A DNA stretch of 64,000 nucleotides from Batkoa obscura (Eukaryota): contig JASVEC010000011.1 of the NCBI GenBank assembly GCA_030770535.1, positions 434,001 through 498,000 of the forward strand, written 5' to 3'. The notes under the pieces are model-generated. The model was not told the origin of the DNA. It did no database searches and worked only from the letters and a program-made list of their open reading frames with translations. Below, piece after piece: positions 10,038 through 20,764 of the stretch. Position numbers and translations under genes: made by a program. How positions within the stretch are numbered: position 1 is the first letter of the stretch; the number at the start of each line of letters is the position of its first letter.

Positions 10038-11376
10038 GCTTAAAATTATTAATTTAAAATTTAAATAAAAAAAATGCTAAAGTTGTAATAAAAAATAAAA
10101 CAATGAATATTATAATATAAAATTACTTTTATTTAATAAAAAAAAGTTTTAAAGTTTATTTAAATATAAAAAAACTATTAACTGATATATAAAAAGTTAT
10201 TTTATTTGACTTTATACAAAGACATTGATTTTTTATTCCTACTAAAATGTGTTTTCCATTTGATTAGATCAGATGTTAATATTTTTTAGAAAGCAAAAAT
10301 TTTATTAGCAATTTATGTAAGTTTTAAAAAAACGCCAACTAGAATTTGAGATTTTCAAGATTAAGTGTAGAATAATCTGAATAGTCAATTAAAATTTAGC
10401 TAATTTTAATAAGTTAAAAAAAATTTCTAATAATATTTAAACTAAATTTTATCTTATTTTTGTAAATTTTTTAAAAATCAGTCCAGAATGACATTTGAGG
10501 GCTACTCTATCAGTCTCTTTCATTTGAAACCATATGGTTCAGAACAATAGAGTATTAGTCAAGACAAAATCGATCCATCTGGGTCGATTGGGACCATTTG
10601 GGTTGGTTTAGGATAGCACTTGTTGAGCAATGAGTTTTATAAAATATTAGTGAAATTCAGCTAACAAATTTCAAACAAACCCCAATATTAAAGAAAAACT
10701 TATTATATTTTTTAAAATACTTTACATTATAGTTTATTCTGAATGTAAATAGATACTCAATTTCTGCAAGAATTCTATGCCTTCAAACGAGTTGACCTGT
10801 GAAAAAACAAAATGCTTTTCAAGCTAGTAGCATAATTTAATCAAATAAATAGGCTTTCGAGTTATAGACATCTTTATATAAATACTTTTATATAACTTTA
10901 TAATATCATCATCTAGTATAACAAGTGCTTTCTTTACCCAAAGTAGACATTTTCGGATATTCTGTTTCTCCAAATACTAAACACCACTAGGGTATTTATT
11001 ACAATTAAGAATTAATTATTCCAAATAATTTACTAAACAAGTTAAACTTATTGTTATAGTTAGGATACTACAAGTTTAGTACCGGTTACAGGTTCAATAG
11101 CTTGAAGTGAAATATAACAAATGCAATGTGTGGCTAATTAATGCTATGTATGGATCAAGCAGCTTTTACTTACATATAAAGCTAAAGCTATTTTCCGCAA
11201 TATAGATGAAATCGAATGTAATATTTCTTTTTATAGCAACAAAATAAAATCAAAATCAAAAACGCTCGATAACCTATAAGGATAGTTGACCCGTCAACTC
11301 GAAGTAGAATAGCTTATTCTCAAATTTAATAGTGTATAAATAGATGCTAAAAAAAAGTTTGTTAAGTTCAAAAAAA

Positions 11377-13035
11377 ATGAATAAGTTGCTATTGTTTTTG
11401 GTTCATTTAAGCTTAGCGTTATGTTATAGGATATTGATCAACTGTGACGCTGCTACTAAATCTCATGTAAAAGGATTGTTGGAAGTTGGAGATTATCTAA
11501 TTCAACAAGGACATACTGTCATTTTTGCAAATCAAGAATTCGGCATTGGGTTTAGTAAGGGAAACAACGCTACTCAGTATATTTTACCTGATGATGAAAG
11601 GTTGATGGAAGAGCTTGAAGAAGCCCAAGGTAATAATGCTGATAGTGATGAATTTAACGAAAGCTTTACAAAGAAAATACCTGATATAATGGCCAGTTTT
11701 CATAGGTTAAATTATCCTAATATAGTAGATTTAATTCAAAAGGAGCCTTTTGACCTTTTTATCTGTGACTTTATGGCTACGGCGTGCCAAGATGCAGCTA
11801 GAGAGAATGGGATTCCATTGATAGTAGGTTATCAGGCTTTAGACTTTACTATTGACTTGATGAATGGTTATAAAACTGGAATTAATGCTTATGGACCTCT
11901 AACAATCGATGGTTTAAACTTTTTCCAACGGTATTATTATAAATTTATAGAGCCAATACAACAATTGCCCTTGATTTTGAGATTAAAAGATAAAATTAGT
12001 AAAAGTAGAAAATTACACAATATTAGCAATGATTCTATATTCGGGGATTTGAATTATGGTTTGGGATTAGGAAATTCATTTTTTGGTTTTGAGATACCAA
12101 CCAAAGTACCCCCTAATTTCCACGTAGTCGGTCCATTATCTAAAGTTCCCAACTTACCTTTGGATCAAGAGATACAACGATTCTTAAATGAGCACAATAA
12201 AGTTATTTACGTTGCATTCGGGTCTTTTGTTCAACTAGGACCCAAGACAAGCTTAAAGTTAATCCAAGCATTACTTTATGCTTTAGAAACAAAAGTGTTA
12301 GATGGAGTAATTTGGGGTCTAGGTAGAACAACAACAAATAGCCTACCAAAAAGTGTTACTATTCCAAATAGTGCGAATACATATGATACTCAAAAATTGT
12401 TTAATAATGAGTATTCCAACATCAAGCTGTTAAAATGGGCACCACAACATCAAATTTTGAACCATATAAACACAAAATTATTTATATCCCATGGGGGTTT
12501 GGAATCAATCACCGAAGCTTGTACTACCGAAACAGCCATCTTATGTATGCCAGTTTTTGGTGATCAGCCCAGAAATGCCAAAAAAGTAGAAGAGATGAAT
12601 ATTGGAGTCTACCTTGATTATAAAAAGTTCCAAATCGAAGATGTTTTGGAAAAAATTAAAATAATATTAGATGACAATGATGGAATGTTTGATATGAACT
12701 TAAAGAGAATTAAATTAATAACAGGCGATTCTGATAAAAAGATAAAACATGCTGCTGATATCGTACTCCAGCATATTGAAATTAGCAAAGTTTGTAGATC
12801 TAGAAAACCTTATATCCCAGGAGTAACTAAGATTCCTTGCGAATTAAGTCATCTTATTTCATCTGCTAACCATCTTTCATTTTTCGTAAAACATAATTTA
12901 GATGTATATTTATTTAACATTGTTTTACTAGGATGTGTATTATATGCCATTTATAGGACTAGTAGCACACTTTTGAATAAGATTGTATTGCTATTCAGCA
13001 TGTCAAAAGGGTATGAAAAAATAAAGAATGAATAG
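11377..13035 (+). CDS. Membrane-anchored UDP-glycosyltransferase (GT1 / UDPGT family)
   Basis: UGT signature WAPQHQILNHINTKLFISHGGLESITEAC...MPVFGDQPRNA, YVAFGS, and N-terminal SH (catalytic His position). Signal peptide MNKLLLFLVHLSLALC if ATG 11377 is used (an upstream ATG lies at 11344). C-terminal hydrophobic helix and KIKNE tail. Confidence 0.93.
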   Translation: MNKLLLFLVHLSLALCYRILINCDAATKSHVKGLLEVGDYLIQQGHTVIFANQEFGIGFSKGNNATQYILPDDERLMEELEEAQGNNADSDEFNESFTKKIPDIMASFHRLNYPNIVDLIQKEPFDLFICDFMATACQDAARENGIPLIVGYQALDFTIDLMNGYKTGINAYGPLTIDGLNFFQRYYYKFIEPIQQLPLILRLKDKISKSRKLHNISNDSIFGDLNYGLGLGNSFFGFEIPTKVPPNFHVVGPLSKVPNLPLDQEIQRFLNEHNKVIYVAFGSFVQLGPKTSLKLIQALLYALETKVLDGVIWGLGRTTTNSLPKSVTIPNSANTYDTQKLFNNEYSNIKLLKWAPQHQILNHINTKLFISHGGLESITEACTTETAILCMPVFGDQPRNAKKVEEMNIGVYLDYKKFQIEDVLEKIKIILDDNDGMFDMNLKRIKLITGDSDKKIKHAADIVLQHIEISKVCRSRKPYIPGVTKIPCELSHLISSANHLSFFVKHNLDVYLFNIVLLGCVLYAIYRTSSTLLNKIVLLFSMSKGYEKIKNE

Positions 13036-13706
13036 GCTTTTTAAAGTTTAAATGCTTGGCTAGATATTATTTAATGTATTTTAATTTCGATTTTAAGACA
13101 AAATAAAGTTAATGGTTTAGTATTAACTAAGTACTTTAAATTGGTATACTCATCCTTTAGTTGTTTCTGATAGTTAATATCTTAACACAAGCAAGATTGA
13201 TTAATATGCACAAACCACCAAGTAATTAAATGAAAATTATTTATGATAATAAGATACATGTTTTTAGAATTGAGTATCCCTTTTATAATGTTGTTAGTTA
13301 AAGTTAAACACTTGTTCAATATAAATATTTTTAAATTCACTAAAAAAGGTTTTTAAGAATATTCTTTACTATTTCGTTTAATAAATGATTGAATACAAGA
13401 TATTAAATAAAGATGAAATTCATCCCGTTTTTATAATCTCATATTAGATTTTTGTATTCATTTATAGCAATTAGTTTTTTATTTAGATTTGAAATGTAGA
13501 TACACATAAATACAAAAGTAGTCTTTTAAAATTTTTTTATAACAATAATCATTGATGTTAGTTTAAACCTAACTATTATATAAAAATATTTTTATTTATT
13601 ACCATCAGATTGATGATTAAAAACTGATTGGTCTTTTTTTGATAAATATTTTTTCGAGTAAAATTTTCCTTGTCTTTTCTTTTTAAATTTAGCACAACTA
13701 ACAAAT

Positions 13707-14070
13707 ATGGGCAATGTAACAATTCAACTTTCAAATAACGTATAACTAAAAGGTTCAATAGGGAGCAAAAGCACAAATGAAGCGTGAAAGAAACGCTAAA
13801 GATAGCAAAACAGCTAAGAGTCAATTAAAAGTGGTAAGTATTATTTAAACTTAGCTCTTCAAAAAATAATTAGTAAAAATAGAACGAACAAGCTAGAACT
13901 ATTATTTGTCAAGTTTGTCGCTCTACTTTCCTCTGTACCATTAGACCAAAGGCGTAAGGATCTTACATTAATATGAACCATGTATTAATTAACTGTATAG
14001 TTTGGCCGAACATGCTGAAAATAAGCATAGTAAAAAACTCGAAGAATGCTTTCCAGGAATTACTTTATAA
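13707..14070 (+). CDS. Small basic zinc-finger protein, At2g23090/ZNF706/SERF-like (4 exons, about 73 aa; absent from the ORF track)
   Basis: Exons 13707-13715, 13762-13833, 13883-13953 and 14001-14070, joined at GT-AG introns, give MGNGAKAQMKRERNAKDSKTAKSQLKVNEQARTIICQVCRSTFLCTIRPKALAEHAENKHSKKLEECFPGITL*. Confidence 0.9.
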
Positions 14071-14427
14071 AGTATCATTTCAATAAAAATGTTTCTTAAA
14101 TAAATAATTACTTTAACAATTATAAGCTAAATTTTCGAAAGTCTCATTAAATGATATCAATATGAAGGCATGTGACCTTTAATACGGACCTTTCAATTAT
14201 TTGAATCCATTCGATTAATTTTTAATGTTTGATATTCAACTCAATTCATATAAGGTAAGAAGACCGTTAGTGAATTCTTTAGAATGCTAAATTTGAATTT
14301 TGCAAAATTCTACTCTTATTCTAAGAAACCGGAAATTTAGCCAAAGTACAATTGAGGTAAATCGAGCATCTTTATATCAAAGTGTTATATAAGATAAAGC
14401 ATTTTGTAAATTATTTATTTTAAAAAA

Positions 14428-14787
14428 ATGAATTCCATTTTATTATCTTTTCTATTATGCTTAAGCTTTGAAGCAAAAATCTCAAACCCTATAACAAAGG
14501 AATTAAAGATAGCTAAGAACCTTCAATATACTACTACGCTACCAAATCGATATTCAAGTTATAAAACAATAATTTACAAAGATGAAATAGCCCCAACTGC
14601 TAGTCCAAATAATGTAAACTGGGCTATATCTTTATCAACAATGACTACACCATCACCTACTAATATAATTTTACCTAGTCCTAATAATCCTCTTTGGGCA
14701 GTTTCATTATCAAATACTTTTTCAGAATCTCCAAGTAATGTTTTATGGGCTACTGGCGAGAATCCAGCATATTCTATCATAGATTAA
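14428..14787 (+). CDS. Small secreted Ser/Thr/Pro-rich protein with three SPxNxxWA repeats
   Basis: 119 aa, hydrophobic N-terminus MNSILLSFLLCLSFEA, repeats SPNNVNWAISLS / SPNNPLWAVSLS / SPSNVLWA, good ATG context (aaaaATG). Confidence 0.65.
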   Translation: MNSILLSFLLCLSFEAKISNPITKELKIAKNLQYTTTLPNRYSSYKTIIYKDEIAPTASPNNVNWAISLSTMTTPSPTNIILPSPNNPLWAVSLSNTFSESPSNVLWATGENPAYSIID

Positions 14788-14959
14788 ATGAAGTGAGTTC
14801 TAAGTTTGTATTTAAGTTAGCAGTATTATATGGCAATACTTTTTATAAAACAAAGTCATATTAAATTATTTACACTAATAAATAATATAGCTCATGAAAT
14901 TTAATAAAATTATTTAATTTTATTCTATATTGAGTTAAAAGATATTTTTAAACCTTTGT

Positions 14960-16495
14960 TTATTTCATCTCATTTATAAGAGAGATTTGCTCCTGAATAT
15001 CTAAAAAATAAATGTCAGAAAAACCAAATTGTTAAACAAAAATCATACCAATTGATAGGATATTGATTTGTGATTTTCCTAAATTAATAGGTAGTTGGAA
15101 TTTCATATTTTCCAAGTAAATTACATATTCATTGACCTTTTCATTTAATTGAGATAGTGTTCCTTCAATTTCTTGTGCTTTAAAACTTAAATAGCCATGC
15201 TTGTCTTCGGTTCTACTTTTTATTAATAATTCCACCAATACTAAAATAGATAATCATTAGTAAATTCAATTAGTGTGATAAAACGTTACTTTCAATCTTG
15301 ACTAAAATTAATGTATGCTTTTCCAGTAATTCTTCAATCACAATTTGTGGGTGATCTGGTGACCAAAATTTAAAGATGAATTTTGCTAGCCTTGGTTGCT
15401 GATTTAAAAGTTTAAAAAAGAACCTTAATTTGTCCTCACTGATTCGATCTTTTAAATAAGCAGGGAGGTAACTTGGTAGTCTATTTTTCCAATACAAGTA
15501 ATGATCATCAAGCTTAATAATACTCTCATAAAATTCTAAAACACCAATTATTTTGTGTATGATGTGTATGTATAATCATTACCTTCAAAATGAATGCTAT
15601 TTAATTCATTCAACAATTCCTTTGGTTCTTGGATTAATATATTCACTAATTGCAAAGAAACAGTCTTTTCTTTAGGATACCTTGGCGAATTGAATAGCAA
15701 CTCACGAAATTTTATGTTTGTTTTTATTTGGTTTAGCAATTGAATGCTGGAAAAAGTCTAAATAATAAGTATAAGTCTATAAAAATAAATCAAAGTTACT
15801 TGAAAACATTTGGATTTATCTGTAAATCCGTCAATTAAAAAGTCAGTATCATAAAACTGTGCTAAATCAATGTTCAATGGCTAAAAATAAGTTAACTGTA
15901 AACTAAATTAAATAATAATTACTTGGATTAATAATGAATGAGTATAATCTGTTATCATTATCCAAGTAAAATGAATACAGTACGTTAAAGCAACACTTAT
16001 CACTAAATTAAGTATAAAATGCGTTGTAATTCGAAATTCTGTGCTATATTATTGAATTAGAATTGGAAAACCAGCTTAAATATTTTTACCTGATAAAGTA
16101 TGAAATAACCATATGACAATAAGAATAGGTTGATATTGAAAAGATGGTAGAAGCTACAATAGGAAATAATATTTCACGAGTTTTTTTAGAAATAGTATCC
16201 AATAAGCTAATAACGAAACTATCTTTAAAGGACCAATTCTATAAAGGATCTTTAGACAAATAATGTACCAGAGGAAATTACCTACTTTTTTATCATATTT
16301 TAAATCTAGAGGATGATCAATAACAAATTTAAATGAAAGAATTGATGACAATGATATACAATATAATATTGATGGACTGAAATTGAAATCTATAAAAATC
16401 TCTAGCCAAGGGGTTAATAGTTTAAAATACACCACGCTGTATATAAAATGACAAGCCAAACTAAATATAAAGCTCATCACATCTAATTCACGCAT
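14960..16495 (-). CDS. Multi-exon hypothetical protein with a hydrophobic (multi-TM) N-terminal half
   Basis: A chain of minus-strand open segments (16154-16519, 15548-15739, 15270-15497, 15032-15238) separated by short intron-like gaps. No family recognised; ends approximate. Confidence 0.5.
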
Positions 16496-16923
16496 TGACC
16501 TACTATTTATTGCTACCAATTTTTAATATATTATACATATGATCCAAAATTAAATTACTATTTGATATAAATATGTTGCTCACGAACAATACATTTATCA
16601 ACAAGAATAAAACTGCTCCTATGATAAAATCAAAAAATGTAACTAAAATGATTAGAATCAGCATACTAATTTAAATCTTAATATAGCAGTAGTAACATAC
16701 ATTGTTTAAAAATCAAGCATCTTAACATGATCGGAAGCGAACTAACTGCCACACTGTACATCACACAATGTTTCCATCTTTGTTTAAGTATAGTTAAAAA
16801 ATTATTGTGAAATTTATTCATTTTAAATTAAAAAGATGTTTCTCAGAATTCATATTTTAAATTTTAAGCACTAAATTTGTGCAAAGGGATTAAACTTTAT
16901 AAACTTTTTCAAAATAAACACAA

Positions 16924-18462
16924 ATGGCAACATATCAAGTAAATAAAAAATTAATAACGGAGTACAAAACAAGATTTCAACAAAATCAAAAGTCTATCTT
17001 TGATAGATATCATTTCCTTGGATTTATTTCATCCGGTACCTATGGACGAGTATATAAAGCCTTTATTAATGATAGGTAAATAACTACAAAATAATTATTA
17101 GAAATGTCTAATTTTTTTAAAGTACTGGCTCAAGATTCTTTGCAATAAAGAAGTTTAAGCCTGAAAAAGAAGGCCAAGATGCGGCTGCTACAGGAATTTC
17201 GCAATCTGCGACCAGGGAAATTAATGTACTTTACAATTTTATTACTTGTTTATTTTAAAACTGTTTTAGCTTTGTAGGGAATTAAAGAATGATAATCTAA
17301 TATCATTAGAGGAGGTTGTATTAGAAGAAGGATCTATCTATATGGTTTTTGATTATGCTGAGCATGATTTCCAAGTATTATAATTTATTATTATTATTGT
17401 TATTATGCATTCTAATCAAGTAGCAAATAATTCATCACCATGCTTATACTCTTAGAACGCCATTACCAGAAAAAATGATCAAATCATTGTTATGGCAGCT
17501 ATTAAATGGTGTACATTATTTACATGAGAATTGGGTCATGCATCGTGATTTAAAGCCTGCCAACTTGCTAATAACCGATCAAGGTTTAGTTAAAGTTGGA
17601 GATTTAGGTTTAGCAAGGTCCTTTTTTAGACCAATTCAGCCACTCTATAATTCGGACAAAGTAGTAGTAACAGTTTGGTATAGAGCTCCAGAGCTCATTC
17701 TGGGTGCTAGACATTATACTAAAGCAATTGGTATTTTTTAGCTATTTAGATAGTACTTTTTACAAACAACTTTAGATATGTGGTCAGTTGGTTGTATTTT
17801 TGGAGAAATGTTGATTTCAAGACCATTATTTAAAGGGGAAGAATTACGTATGGAAAAACGCACCATTCCATTCCAAAAAAATCAAATGTTGAAAATTATT
17901 GAAGTCTTGGGAAATCCTACTGGTAAGAATAATGATGTCTTTTATTCAAGTTAAATTTAACTTTTAGTTGATAAATGGAATGACTTACAATATATGCCAG
18001 ATTATAGTCACATGAGTGCCTTTAAAAAGTAATATTTTTGATGGTTTATTTAATTATTTAATTCGATTTAGGCATTATAACTCATTGAGATCGTTGTTTA
18101 ATGCATGTCATGTTAAAAGCGAGGCTGGGTTTCAGCTTTTGGAGTCAATGCTGGTATACGATCCAAAGTTAAGGATAACTGCTAAACAGGCTTTAAACCA
18201 TCCTTACTTTAAAGAAGAGCCACTACCAAGTAAAAAGTAAGTATATTTATAAAAAAAATAGATGAGCTTAATTTATAACCGGACACTTAGTATCTTTGAA
18301 TCAAATACTATAAGCTATCCTACACGTAAATTACAACAAGATGCCAAAACTATGGCTAAGTTACACACCCAAACTATACCTACCAAACCAAGTCAAACAA
18401 AGAAGAAAGAGGAAAAAAGTCATACAAAATCAAGTTCAAAAAGAGCAAAGCATGGTAATTAA
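16924..18462 (+). CDS. SSN3: Cyclin-dependent kinase 8 (Mediator kinase, Ssn3/Srb10), multi-exon
   Basis: [57 protein letters not shown] and [37 protein letters not shown] are typical of fungal CDK8. Confidence 0.93.
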
Positions 18463-18784
18463 CATATTATTTATATTTGATTATAATTCATTGTATAAGA
18501 ATAAATCTAAAAAATTATATATATATTTATTTTACTTCAAGTTAAAGTGAAACTACAATTTTTATTATGTTATGAATCAATATTTCTACCTTCAATGTAC
18601 CTTTAGAATATAACGATCATTTAAAATCACGTTATTTGTAATAACACTGAAACCTGTTTAATTTAATAATATATTGTTACTTTCTGGCGTAAAATAGAGT
18701 AATTTTAGTAAACATCATACTTAAAATCACACAATTAAGATTATAGTAAAAAAGGATAGCAGTTTTTTACTTCACTTTAGCTCT

Positions 18785-19642
18785 TTATTCAGTATTACGA
18801 TAACTGATTCTATTCTCCAATATAAGATGATCGACATATTGTATATGTATAGTATCTTTTAAATAGTCCTGAATCGAATCCAGGGTCTCAACTGAACTTG
18901 GTATGCTTTCAACTGGTCCTGGAACAGAACTAACTTCCATTACCCAAGAGTCATTACCATCAATATTAAACAATGTACTCATATCAAACCTTTTTCCTAC
19001 CTGAAAATTAAAGCTCAAGTTAACTTTTATATTTAAATTCATATTACCTTGTAAAGTTTGTAGATTGATATAGTGACACTGTTGTTAAAAAAATAGCAGA
19101 AACCTTCTTTTGCTGTTTCATATTCATTGCTACAACTATTTAAACGCTTGATCTTTTGGAGTTAAAAAAACTTACGTATAACCTAATGCCAAAAAAAACT
19201 TTGAAAAGTTTCCAACAATCCTAGTATAAATAACTGGCCTGACTGTAACACTTCTATCCGGCCTTGAATCTGGCTTCCCTTGCATGTAAAGTTGCCTTAG
19301 AAACATTAGATTACTTATATTAATAGGCATTTTTTTATTTTACCATTTGTTGGAACGTGCTTTGGAATACCTATTGATATAACCATTTCTCAACCTCAAA
19401 GCTAAATCATCATTTCTACTTGGCCCAAGAGGAGTAGTTACTAATATTCATTTAATTTAAAAACTAACAGTAAAAATTTATTTACTTGTAGGAAATAGCA
19501 CCAATTCATGGTGTCTTATTTCAATAAAATCTTCCCCACACAAAGCGATTACTAACTCTCTTACTCTTTCATAGTCAGCATTAGAAAACAAACCGTATAA
19601 TGAGCATTCGTACAAAGCATCTTTATCTAGACTTTCTTCCAT
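18785..19642 (-). CDS. MED18: Mediator head subunit Med18 (Srb5), multi-exon
   Basis: Spliced translation MEESLDKDALYECSLYG...LVIALCGEDFIEIRHHELVLFPT...LRLR...WQLYMQGKPDSRPDRSVTVRPV...FFLALGY...WVMEV...YVDHLIL follows the Med18 motif order. Confidence 0.75.
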
Positions 19643-19738
19643 TTTAGGTATAAAATGGTTTAAACCTATTTTTACCGCCTGTCTTATAAAATTTATTGGC
19701 TATTTTTAAAAATTTTGTTTTTGCATCTAAATATTTTC

Positions 19739-20110
19739 ATGTTTTCGTCAAAAATTGTAAAATCAGTCAATAGCTTTAAATCAAAAGGAACAGCTACGTA
19801 TCGAGGATTGGAAAATAAATCAAAGTCCTTAGCCCAACCAAGAGCTCAAGCAAAGGAATTAAAAAGTATACATCTCTATCGAAAAGCTCTAAGAGAAGTA
19901 AGTCAGTTCCCTATTCCAAATTACAAGAATAAATTGCAATATAATGTAAGGGAGTTGTTTGAACTTTATCGTTATGAGAGAGGCGAAAGTAAACTAGAAA
20001 GTCTTTGGAAAAATGCAGAGCATGATATTGAGTTTTTGGCAGTTTGGAAGCATTTAGAAGAAGAGGATTTGAAATTGCTGTTCAAGAAAAATAATAATAA
20101 TATCGAGTAA
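19739..20110 (+). CDS. LYR-motif mitochondrial protein (Complex1_LYR family)
   Basis: HLYRKALREVSQFP...LQYNVRELFE motif; basic, Ser-rich N-terminus resembling a mitochondrial presequence. Confidence 0.75.
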   Translation: MFSSKIVKSVNSFKSKGTATYRGLENKSKSLAQPRAQAKELKSIHLYRKALREVSQFPIPNYKNKLQYNVRELFELYRYERGESKLESLWKNAEHDIEFLAVWKHLEEEDLKLLFKKNNNNIE

Positions 20111-20764
20111 TCATTATAATTCTCAATCCAAAAATTAGTCAAGTATTATAGATAACTTATTTTTATGTAAGCTAATATAAATAAAAAAATAAGATTTATT
20201 TTATTTTATTTATTGTTTTCTAACTTAGCAGAGAATAAACTAACTCATCTAGCGTTGCATACTAATGTTCATTATTTAATTAAACATGTATATTAAATAT
20301 CATTTAAAAACGAATCTAATATCAAAGTCAGTATATTCAAGATTTTATCGATATATTTCATCACAATATATGCTTATATTTAACTCCTTCAAAATATTTT
20401 GAGCATTGTTTTACACTGTGAAAATCTGTTAACAGATATGCATATTATGCTATAAAAATTAAAATAATAAGCATCTAATAGGTTTATTAACTATTTATTA
20501 ATTGCTATAAAAAAATGTATTAAAAAATATTAGAAGGCTTGAAAAAAATTAGATAATATACAATGCTAGAAGAGCCATAGTAACATTTTAGCATTACAAT
20601 AGCATCATGGATTTATAGCAAAAGAGCAAAGGTAGTAATATAGTTTGCTTCTTTACTGGTAGATTATATTAGTGAACTTATACTAAAATTAAAAAATAAT
20701 GTATCTAATCAAATTCTAGATTTATGAATTAATAAATCATTATTTATCTGTATTATATCTCTTA

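Noticed and set aside
10480..10640. GC-richer patch, possible tRNA or ncRNA
   Set aside because: No cloverleaf or recognisable RNA motif. It may be a TE relic, but the evidence is insufficient.
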